The notes under the pieces: generated by a model
What the model was told of the DNA's origin: nothing
What the model saw: only the letters and a program-made list of their open reading frames with translations
Database searches by the model: none
Translations under genes and position numbers: made by a program
Shown: positions 1 to 7,593 of the stretch, one piece after another
Position numbering within the stretch: position 1 is the first letter of the stretch
How the letters are laid out: each line of letters begins with the position of its first letter
Assembly (NCBI GenBank): GCA_964615185.1
Contig: CAZTOS010000048.1
Span: 1-18,564, forward strand
Direction of reading: 5' to 3'
DNA: 18,564 nucleotides
Source: an uncultured Thermococci archaeon
Lineage (GTDB): Archaea > Methanobacteriota_B > Thermococci > Thermococcales > Thermococcaceae

Positions 1-2
1 CT

Positions 3-374
3 GAACTCGACAGGACTAAAAGTGTTGAAACCCTTGAGAAGATTGTTAAGCTTGAAAGGGAAGTTCAAGGTTTGAGGATCCTCCTTGCTACATATCAGGC
101 AGACATGGGAAGACTTAACTTCATTAAAAATTATACAAGAAAAACTGCGTATGGTGTGCAAATTCTTTATTATCAGCTTCCTAAGGAAAGTGAGGTTCTC
201 AAAGAATACATTAGGAAAGTTAATCCGATTAGAAAGGATGTTGATTTAGAGTGGTTCCAAGGGTATTATCTTCAGGCTAAGGAGTTGATAATGTACAAGC
301 GTTTATTGGCTGATGTCGAAATTAAGAAAAAGTTGGAAGAACTTAAGAAAAGCAACCAATCAAACCTTAAATAA
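3..374 (+). CDS. 5'-truncated N-terminal (helical/coiled-coil) part of a probable exported protein; likely continues by +1 frameshift into 313..1203
   Basis: Frame is open from position 3 (ELDRTKSVETLEKIVKLEREVQGLRILL...), so the TTG at 72 is internal. Charged amphipathic helical sequence with no Cys. Overlaps the next ORF by 62 nt. Confidence 0.7.
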   Translation, partial: ELDRTKSVETLEKIVKLEREVQGLRILLATYQADMGRLNFIKNYTRKTAYGVQILYYQLPKESEVLKEYIRKVNPIRKDVDLEWFQGYYLQAKELIMYKRLLADVEIKKKLEELKKSNQSNLK

Positions 375-1203
375 TGAAGATATTCAATACATCTTAAAGA
401 GGCTTGATAAAATGAAAGCACTTCAAGAAAAATTAAACACTCACATTATAGACTCTGCAATTTTAGACGAGTATTTGAGGTTAAAAGAGGTAGGAAAACA
501 ACAAGTTATAATCCAGAGCGCTACAGTAACACCACTAGCCATAAACTTTGGAGGACTGCCTAGAGGAAATCTGTGTTGCCCAGATGATCCATACTACTGT
601 TCGCTCTGTGATTATCCAAAACAAATACTTTCTGATGATTTTTATGCTTCACCATGGACGCATGCATACGGGTTTGCAACATTCTATAATCTACAACCTA
701 TTGGAGTCTGGGTTGGTATATATGAAACGCCAGTGATACCGCCAGATGAGAGGTATTATTGGGGGATGTACTGTACCGAAGAATTTCCTTCAACGAATAA
801 TCCTGACGAACTCTGGAGTATGTACTGGCTATATGCTGTCTCTTTATATGAAATTGAGACAGGAAGCTCACAATTTGAAGACTTTGGATCCATCCAGATT
901 AAATTCTTTTATGACGGAACAGCATACAACTATTTTACTGGACAGTATCAAACTGCAAATCTAATATACCAGTACAATTGTAACAAAAATGGATGCTATA
1001 AATCGGATGTCCTAGATCCTTTACCCTCCAACCCCCAGTATCATCCAAGTCCATATACAGACACGGTGTACATATATGTCAAGGTGTTGGCATGCTGTAA
1101 CGGAGGACTTGTTGGAAGTACATGTAAGTGGGCTAATAGACATTGTGATAGTTGTTTTGCTCCGGATGAGTCAAAATCACAGAACTTTCCTTACGAAGGA
1201 TAG
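313..1203 (+). CDS. C-terminal part of the exported protein: helical linker, VTPL junction, then a Tyr-rich domain with 12 Cys
   Basis: 296-codon ORF. All 12 Cys lie after VTPL (526-537): CC, CxxC, C, CxxxxC, CC, C, CxxC. No good RBS or signal peptide at ATG 313. The stop TAG overlaps the AGGAGG RBS of the next gene. Confidence 0.7.
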   Translation: MSKLRKSWKNLRKATNQTLNNEDIQYILKRLDKMKALQEKLNTHIIDSAILDEYLRLKEVGKQQVIIQSATVTPLAINFGGLPRGNLCCPDDPYYCSLCDYPKQILSDDFYASPWTHAYGFATFYNLQPIGVWVGIYETPVIPPDERYYWGMYCTEEFPSTNNPDELWSMYWLYAVSLYEIETGSSQFEDFGSIQIKFFYDGTAYNYFTGQYQTANLIYQYNCNKNGCYKSDVLDPLPSNPQYHPSPYTDTVYIYVKVLACCNGGLVGSTCKWANRHCDSCFAPDESKSQNFPYEG

Positions 1204-1214
1204 GAGGATTGAGA

Positions 1215-2402
1215 GTGAAAGGTAATAAACTCCCTTTAGTTTTTCTTTTTGTTCTGCTTTTAGCTTCTTTAGTTTTAGTTATTCAAGAATTTCAAAAACG
1301 GGAAGATGAGAGAGCTCTTTCTAATGTTGCTGTTAATAATACTTCTATTCATTCATCCAAGTTTTTAGAAAACAGAACTCCTATTAAAGGTGAATTTAAG
1401 CCAATTTTAACTCTACTTGGTTGGGATTTTCAGCCTTTTGAAGATAGAATTTTTGTTTATTACAATGGGGCTCTCAAAGCTTATGAGATAGAGACGGGGA
1501 AGCTTCTTTTAAATATAACGCCTGTTTACGATTATTACTTTTCAAACCGCTATGCTTACATAAAAACTGACGATGGAAGTTTTGTTCTGGATTATGAGAC
1601 TTTAAGACTAGCACCAGTAGACACAGATAAAAATGTTAAATATGCTTTTAACCTCGGTAATTGCAGAATTACAGCAAGAGAAAAAAGCGTATTAGTAAAC
1701 TCCCAGATATTTAAGTTTAATTCAACCCCAAAAATTGCATTCTTTGACAGTGGCTTTGTGGTCTTTGGTCTGTTTGGAGCATCAGGTGAGAGGGTTTTAT
1801 TTTTCGATGAAAAATGTAGTCTGCTTAGTGATGTTGTGATTGAGTATTTTTCAGACTTCAAAGTTTTTGGAGATAGAATTTTCTTCATTGATAAGGAGTT
1901 ATATTCCAGAACCCTGCCAAAATTTCCGGAGATTGAGGGTGAGATGATTTTGCATGAGTATCTTAAGGAGTCTAAGGCCTATTTGTTTTCCAGTAATGGT
2001 ACTCTAATTGCCAATCTGACTCTTGGTGGTGCTATAGGCTTTCACAATGATACAATTTACACCATCTATCCGCATGGAATTGGGAAATTTTACCTGCTTA
2101 ATAAATCTCTGGAGAAAAAGACGATTGAATATGTTTTATATTCCGGATGGGCGGTTGTTCAGGGGGTTTATGGAGATTTTACTGAAGAATTCATATCTTT
2201 TGTTTATTGGGGCTTTTCTGGAGAAGCTGGAACATCATTCAGCAGCATCTGTGTTTATCCTTATGAAAGAACCATAAAATGCGTCCCTTACAGGCAAGAA
2301 GCTGAAAGGGTAAGCCCAATTGATGAGATAAAAGCCTGGGATAGATATTTTGCAATAATACCAAGAGGTTCTAGAGAGGTTGTTGTTTATGAGGTCAGGT
2401 AA
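1215..2402 (+). CDS. N-terminally membrane-anchored extracellular beta-rich (propeller-like) hypothetical protein
   Basis: AGGAGG at 1202-1207 favours GTG 1215 over TTG 1209. Basic N-terminus plus hydrophobic LPLVFLFVLLLASLVLVI. Many N-x-S/T sequons. Repeated short aromatic beta-strands (IFVYYNGALKAYEIETGKLL is a PQQ/propeller-like blade). Confidence 0.75.
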   Translation: MKGNKLPLVFLFVLLLASLVLVIQEFQKREDERALSNVAVNNTSIHSSKFLENRTPIKGEFKPILTLLGWDFQPFEDRIFVYYNGALKAYEIETGKLLLNITPVYDYYFSNRYAYIKTDDGSFVLDYETLRLAPVDTDKNVKYAFNLGNCRITAREKSVLVNSQIFKFNSTPKIAFFDSGFVVFGLFGASGERVLFFDEKCSLLSDVVIEYFSDFKVFGDRIFFIDKELYSRTLPKFPEIEGEMILHEYLKESKAYLFSSNGTLIANLTLGGAIGFHNDTIYTIYPHGIGKFYLLNKSLEKKTIEYVLYSGWAVVQGVYGDFTEEFISFVYWGFSGEAGTSFSSICVYPYERTIKCVPYRQEAERVSPIDEIKAWDRYFAIIPRGSREVVVYEVR

Positions 2403-2413
2403 AGGTGTTGAGC

Positions 2414-3334
2414 ATGAAGTTTAGGACAAACATTAAGAATGTCCATAGCATTGTTCTCCTTTTAATACTCTTAGCTTTGACTTTTTATGGGAGCTATAGG
2501 TTTCTTTTTGAAAATAGGGGAATAGCCGTTGTTCCTACGTCTCTACCTAATGATAGTTGCACCATTGAGGAGTTTTCTCCACCAATTAAAATTGAAATTG
2601 AGGAAGTTAATGTTCCGGTTGATGGTGGGTATAAGTCCCTATACACATTATTTAAGTTTTATAACAAGAATGGAACTCTCATAGGATACTGGAACACTAC
2701 AAGGAACTTTAACAAAGGATATTTCTACTTCAGAGATGGTTTTGTGGTCTGGAGTTATGATGGAGTCATCGAAATGATTTATTTTGATTATAACTTCACG
2801 GAAAGATGGTGGAGGAAGATATACAAAAGTGTTGGGGATTATGTGGACTTTATCCTATATAGCGTGTACGCTGATGAGGATCATATTTTTCTACTTACGG
2901 CAAATAGACATTTTGCAACATCAGAAGTTCAAAACTATTGCCTCTACTGGGGTAGCGTTGAAAAGGGCGACATTATTGAACGATTTTGCTCTGACAAGGA
3001 GCTGTCTTTACTTAGAGGAAAAGTGGTTGGGAATAAAGTTTACATCCTCTCAAATAAAGGTGTTTATGTCTTTACTTATACCGGGAAGCTCATAAAAAAG
3101 AAAAAGATTGAGCTGTCAAAGATTGAGAGTTTTGACGTGAATGAGAAATATCTTGCTTTTGCCTATCTAAGCAGTGACAAAACATCAAAACTATGTGTTT
3201 TGGCATCTAGCCTAAAATCCCAAAGGTGCATTGATGTAGAAGGGAAAGTGGAACAGCTGAACCTGTGTGGAAATTACCTCCTCCTGAAAACAGAGAATAA
3301 AGTTAAAACATTTGAAATTAAGGAGAATTCCTAA
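2414..3334 (+). CDS. Second membrane-anchored extracellular beta-rich protein, diverged paralogue of 1215..2402
   Basis: AGGTG RBS at 2403-2707-type spacing (2403-2407) before ATG 2414. TM segment SIVLLLILLALTFYGSY. Sequons NDS, NGT, NTT, NFT. Shares motifs with the upstream gene (FRDGFVVW vs FDSGFVVF; SKLCVL..RCI vs SSICVY..KCV; VKTFEI vs VVVYEV). Confidence 0.75.
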   Translation: MKFRTNIKNVHSIVLLLILLALTFYGSYRFLFENRGIAVVPTSLPNDSCTIEEFSPPIKIEIEEVNVPVDGGYKSLYTLFKFYNKNGTLIGYWNTTRNFNKGYFYFRDGFVVWSYDGVIEMIYFDYNFTERWWRKIYKSVGDYVDFILYSVYADEDHIFLLTANRHFATSEVQNYCLYWGSVEKGDIIERFCSDKELSLLRGKVVGNKVYILSNKGVYVFTYTGKLIKKKKIELSKIESFDVNEKYLAFAYLSSDKTSKLCVLASSLKSQRCIDVEGKVEQLNLCGNYLLLKTENKVKTFEIKENS

Positions 3335-3468
3335 TCAAATTCTAACTCATTTTCTTGTCAACTGTTCAGAAATTCTTATGTATAAATGCCAAAATTTGTC
3401 CAAATTTCAAAGTTTTTTGCATAAAAGACATAAACCATGAATGTAGTGTCAAAAAATAGGTGATAAAC

Positions 3469-4383
3469 ATGAATGCTGTTCAATTAGTTAAAAGAGAGAT
3501 TGCCCCAGCTATGGAAGTTCAGACCAAAGTCATTGAATATATGACAAGATTTTTTGTTGACAAAGGGTTTAAATGGTTGCTTCCAGTGATGCTTAGCTCA
3601 ATAACTGATCCTCTCTGGCCAGATCCGGCGGCGAGTGAAGCCTTAAAGCCTCCGGAGATAGAGGCATATGGTGGAAAGCTTAGATTAATGCATAGCATGA
3701 TTTTTCATAAGCAATTGGCAGTTGCTATGGGAATAGACAAGTTATTCATACTCTCTCCAAACATAAGACTTGAAGGAAGAGAAGCTGACGATGGAAAGCA
3801 TGCATATGAGTTCACCCAGCTTGACTTTGAAATAGCATATGCAACCATGGATGACGTTATGAGCTTAATCGAGGAGGCCATCTCTGGGCTTTTCAAAGAG
3901 GCAAGAAAGTGGGAAATTCTTGAGGAGCTGGGCAGAGAAGTTCCAAAGGCCAAGCCACCATTTAGGCGGTTCACTTTAGAGGAAATCAAAGCGGAATTCG
4001 GTGATGAAGATAGAGCAAGTGAAGCAATGGATGAACCATTCTGGATTACTGATATTGAGAGAGAATTCTACGATAGAGAAGATCCAGAGAGGCCAGGGCA
4101 CTTCAGAAACTATGATCTGTATTTACCTTGGGGTTATGGTGAAGTCTCAAGCGGCGGTGAGAGAGAGTGGGAATACGATATAATTGTCAGGAAGATGAAG
4201 AAAGCTGGGATAAGCCTTGAGGCCTTCAGGCCATACTTAGAGATTGCCAAAGCTGGTTTGCTCAAGCCTACAGCGGGAGCTGGCATAGGAATGGAGAGAC
4301 TGGTGAGGTTTATCGTTAGAGCAAAGCACATAGCTGAAGTTCAACCTTTCCCAAGAATTCCGGGTATTCCGGCGATTATCTGA
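3469..4383 (+). CDS. asnA: Archaeal asparagine synthetase A (AspRS/AsnRS catalytic-core paralogue lacking the anticodon-binding domain)
   Basis: Class II aaRS motif 2 (SPNIRLE...HAYEFTQLDFE) and motif 3 (GEVSSGGERE...AGAGIGMERLV, PFPR). About 304 aa with no N-terminal OB domain. GGTGA RBS at 3459-3463 places the start at ATG 3469. Confidence 0.93.
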   Translation: MNAVQLVKREIAPAMEVQTKVIEYMTRFFVDKGFKWLLPVMLSSITDPLWPDPAASEALKPPEIEAYGGKLRLMHSMIFHKQLAVAMGIDKLFILSPNIRLEGREADDGKHAYEFTQLDFEIAYATMDDVMSLIEEAISGLFKEARKWEILEELGREVPKAKPPFRRFTLEEIKAEFGDEDRASEAMDEPFWITDIEREFYDREDPERPGHFRNYDLYLPWGYGEVSSGGEREWEYDIIVRKMKKAGISLEAFRPYLEIAKAGLLKPTAGAGIGMERLVRFIVRAKHIAEVQPFPRIPGIPAII

Positions 4384-4386
4384 GGG

Positions 4387-4411
4387 TTTTTGATTTTGAA
4401 TTCCTCTTTTT
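4387..4411 (+). terminator. Probable archaeal oligo-T terminator of asnA
   Basis: TTTTTGATTTTGAATTCCTCTTTTT immediately after the stop codon. Confidence 0.45.
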
Positions 4412-4424
4412 ATAAATTCACTGT

Positions 4425-5026
4425 TTAGAGCTCTTTTATTTCATTTGCTCTGTCAAGTTCACCTCGCTTTATGATTTCGAGGGCGGAGGTATAGATGCCA
4501 AGCTTTAGAGCCGTTTCCTCGGTCAGCTTTTTCTTTGAAAGTTCATTGATTTTAGAGGAAAGCTTTTCAACGGCTTTTTCCAGCCCCTTCTGCTATTTTT
4601 CCAATATTGCATCTGTTCTTTTCCCGAGTTCTTTGGTATCTGTGAGTTTGTGGAACATTGCCGGCAGGATTGTCATTAGGCCAGCAAGTGTGTTCCATTT
4701 CTGAGCGTCTTCGAGGCTTTTGTGGATGTACTTTTTCCCGTAGTGCGGGAAATAATCGTGTGTGTTAGTGCCTTTCCTATCGCGTACTCTCTTGTTTTTA
4801 CGTCTGTGCCTGGGCTTCCAGGAATTTCTCCGTATTTTTTCTTTATATACTCTCTCAATCTGAGGCTGTGGAAGGACAGCGTGTGAGCATGAGTAATTTT
4901 GTCGATTATTGCGAAGTCCGCGGCTATCTTCTTCATTCACCCAATCTTCTTCTCGTATTTCTTATCGGACTTCTTGACGATGTAGTGGATCATGAGCATT
5001 TGGAGAATAAAGCCCAATTCACTCAT
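4425..5026 (-). pseudogene. Degraded ~200-codon hypothetical protein gene (two in-frame stops and one frameshift)
   Basis: GGAGG RBS, then ATG 5026 MSELGFILQMLMIHYIVKKSDKKYEKKIG-TGA(4937-4939)-MKKIAADF...; 1-nt shift near ~4760 into HDYFPHYGKKY...AILEK-TAG(4593-4595)-QKGLEKAVEKL...DRANEIKEL-TAA(4425-4427). The span is 602 nt, one short of 201 codons. Confidence 0.75.
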
Positions 5027-5077
5027 GGAGAGTCCTCCATTACTTAATTAGTCGTTCCATGACATAAATGGCTTTTG

Positions 5078-5127
5078 GAAAACCTTTTATACTTGCACCC
5101 CTACAAGTAACTATTGGGGGTGCAAGT
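5078..5127 (+). promoter_or_regulatory. BRE-TATA promoter plus perfect 11-bp inverted repeat (operator-like) upstream of ATPase 1
   Basis: GAAAACCTTTTATA at 5078-5091; ACTTGCACCCC (5091-5101) N15 GGGGTGCAAGT (5117-5127). The right arm contains the GGGGTG RBS. Confidence 0.7.
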
Positions 5128-5129
5128 TA

Positions 5130-6212
5130 ATGCTGTTCTCACCCTATCCAAAGACAAAAAGGGAAGATCTGTTCGACAGAGAAAGCGAGCTGAAGGAGCT
5201 TGAAGATGCCATAAATAGGGGAGAAAGGTTAATACTTCTCCTCGGCATGCGAAGACTCGGAAAAAGCTCGCTCCTCAACGTTGTGTTGAATGAACTTCCT
5301 AACCCTTCGGTGAAAATAGACGTGAGGAAGACCTATGCTGAATACTCCTCCGTAAACCGCTACATCATCGGCAAAGCCCTCCTCTCGTCGCTGAGCGGGA
5401 AGAAAAAGCTTGTTGAGGAGGTTAGGGCATTCCTGTCGAAAGTGAAGGGATTAAGTGTTTCAGGATTAAGGTTTGAGATAACCTCGAAAGACTTCTCAAT
5501 AACCGAGCTTTTGGAGGCACTAAATGAATACGGTGAGGAGAAGGGGAGGGTTATTATAGCATTTGATGAAGCTCAGTACCTGCGCTTTGGCGGAGCCACA
5601 AGATATGACGGTATTCTGGCTTACGCCGTGGATAATCTTGAGAACCTGACGTTCATCCTAACCGGCTCGGAGGTTGGTCTGCTCTTTGACTTCCTCAAGT
5701 TCGATAACCCAGAGGCTCCTCTATTTGGCAGATACCATCACGACATAATCCTTGAGAGATTCAGCAAAGAGTTAAGCAGGGAATTCCTCAGGAAGGGCTT
5801 TGAGGAAGCCGGGTTATCTATGGAAGAGAAAGAAATCGATAGAGCAGTTGAAGAGCTTGACGGAATTGTGGGTTGGCTTTCCTTGTACGGCTATATTAGG
5901 GTAACGAGAAAGCTCAACCACGAGAAAGCACTTGAAGAAGTTCTGAGAGAAGCCAAATCCGTGATAAACACAGAGGTTTCGAGGCTTTTCGCATACAGTC
6001 CGCGTTATAGAGTGATTCTAAAGGCTGTGGCTTTAGGCTATTCAAGGTGGAGCGACATCAAGGACTACCTAACTTTGAAGCTCGGCTACATCAACGACTC
6101 GAACTTCTCCAGCTTGCTTGAAAACCTTGTGAAGTATGGCTATATTGAGAAGAAGGAAGGACGCTACATGATTCCCGATCCAGTCCTTGCAAGGGTCTTC
6201 AGAGAGCTTTAG
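5130..6212 (+). CDS. Archaeal ATPase (ATPase_2/PF01637-like, STAND-related) with C-terminal winged helix
   Basis: N-terminal LFDRESEL, Walker A GMRRLGKSS, Walker B IIAFDEAQ, ILTGSEVG, PLFGR, GIVGWL, and C-terminal wHTH ending YMIPDPVL. Confidence 0.9.
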   Translation: MLFSPYPKTKREDLFDRESELKELEDAINRGERLILLLGMRRLGKSSLLNVVLNELPNPSVKIDVRKTYAEYSSVNRYIIGKALLSSLSGKKKLVEEVRAFLSKVKGLSVSGLRFEITSKDFSITELLEALNEYGEEKGRVIIAFDEAQYLRFGGATRYDGILAYAVDNLENLTFILTGSEVGLLFDFLKFDNPEAPLFGRYHHDIILERFSKELSREFLRKGFEEAGLSMEEKEIDRAVEELDGIVGWLSLYGYIRVTRKLNHEKALEEVLREAKSVINTEVSRLFAYSPRYRVILKAVALGYSRWSDIKDYLTLKLGYINDSNFSSLLENLVKYGYIEKKEGRYMIPDPVLARVFREL

Positions 6213-7593
6213 CTTGTCCAAGTTTGGTCTCTTTAAAATCCCCTAAATCCCATACGAGCCAGCCTTCATTCCTTAACCTTTCCTTTCCCTCCAAACTCTT
6301 AGCCACCAGCCCGTAGCTCTTTTCCCACCTTTCCAGCCCCACTAACTCACTCTTCCTCTCCAAATCTCTCAAAATCCCCATGGCTTCTCCCTCTTTCAAG
6401 TCCTTCCACTTAACCTCAGCAAATAGTGCCTTTTTCTCCCGCTCATTGAGAGCAACGAGATCAATCTCCTCATCCTTACGCCACCACTTCCCAATCCTCG
6501 TGAACTTGAACGGCAGTTTTTTCGCTTTGTTCAGCTCTATAATGAACTGCCTCGCAACCTCTTCAAAGACGAAGCCAAGATAATGGTTGAAGCTGATATC
6601 AAAGTCCTCAAGCGCCCCATCGGGAAAACCGCTCTCAATCTCCTCGAAGTACGGCGCAACAAAGCGGAACCAGAAGGCAAAGTAAAGGTCCCTGAAGCGG
6701 TAAATACCGCGCTTCGCTTTTCTGCTAACGGGTAATTCTCTCCTTAAAATTCCAAGGTCTTCGAGGATTCTTAAGTATCGTGCGGTGTTCTTTGGCTCAA
6801 TGAATGAATACTGGGCGATTTCATTGACCCTCCTTTTTCCCCTCGCAACCGCCTCGAGTATTGTGTAGTAAGTTTCCGGCTCCCTAAATTCCTCCTCAAG
6901 TAGCTCTTTTGCCTCTCGGAAGAGAAATGCATTAGGGTCGAAGAAGTTCTTCTTTATTTCGCTTTCAATGTTTTTCCCGCTGAAGAGCTCAAGGTAGCGA
7001 GGAACACCTGATGTTACAGCGTAGAGCTTTACTGCATCCTTTGGACTTAGACTGGAGAACCATTCAAAGAGATGCTTGAACCTCAGAGGTTGGAGGTTCA
7101 GAGTGGCGTCGCTTCTCCCGTAGAGTGGGCTTGAGTAATCGAAGAAGCTTCTTTTGAGCAATCCAACGGATGAAGCTGATAAAATAAGCATAACATTACT
7201 TTCGTTAAGGACTTCATCTACTATGCTCTGAAACTCCGCCTCAATTTCAGAGTACCTCAGCAGATATGAAAACTCGTCGAGAAAAATCACCAGTCTTTCT
7301 CTGCTCTGAGAGGCGATAAAGCGGAATGCGTCAGTGAACGTTGAGAAGTTTGGGGAGGGAATACCAAAATACTTCCCAATAGCCCTGTTGAGCTTTGTTA
7401 GGTTGTACTCCCAGACCCTCTTCTCGAACTGAACGGATATTGCCTTTTTATTCTTCAAAAATTCACGGACAAGACGACTCTTGCCGATTCTTCTCCTCCC
7501 GGTGACAAGGACGAGGGTAAATTGGTCTTGGCGATACAGTCTCTCGAGTACTTTGAGCTCTTCTCTCCTATTCACAAATTTTCGAATCTTCAT
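6199..7593 (-). CDS. Archaeal ATPase with wHTH and DUF234 / PD-(D/E)xK-like nuclease tail
   Basis: FVNRREEL, Walker A GRRRIGKS, Walker B VIFLDEFS, SPLYGR, GVPRYL, YRFRDLYFAFWFRFV, WW..DEEIDLVAL..FAEVKW. True start is ATG 7593 (MKIRKF), ~25 nt after a TATA box. The 52-aa extension in the ORF track belongs to other elements. Confidence 0.9.
   Translation of the reverse strand: MKIRKFVNRREELKVLERLYRQDQFTLVLVTGRRRIGKSRLVREFLKNKKAISVQFEKRVWEYNLTKLNRAIGKYFGIPSPNFSTFTDAFRFIASQSRERLVIFLDEFSYLLRYSEIEAEFQSIVDEVLNESNVMLILSASSVGLLKRSFFDYSSPLYGRSDATLNLQPLRFKHLFEWFSSLSPKDAVKLYAVTSGVPRYLELFSGKNIESEIKKNFFDPNAFLFREAKELLEEEFREPETYYTILEAVARGKRRVNEIAQYSFIEPKNTARYLRILEDLGILRRELPVSRKAKRGIYRFRDLYFAFWFRFVAPYFEEIESGFPDGALEDFDISFNHYLGFVFEEVARQFIIELNKAKKLPFKFTRIGKWWRKDEEIDLVALNEREKKALFAEVKWKDLKEGEAMGILRDLERKSELVGLERWEKSYGLVAKSLEGKERLRNEGWLVWDLGDFKETKLGQAKAL

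Noticed and set aside
3469..4383. Truncated Asp/Asn-tRNA synthetase pseudogene
   Set aside because: Intact RBS, start and catalytic motifs. Absence of the anticodon domain is the normal state of archaeal AsnA.
4593..4939. In-frame TGA and TAG as selenocysteine/pyrrolysine recoding
   Set aside because: The same gene also has a frameshift, the contexts are not catalytic-looking, and Thermococcales are not known to use Sec or Pyl. Ordinary decay is simpler.
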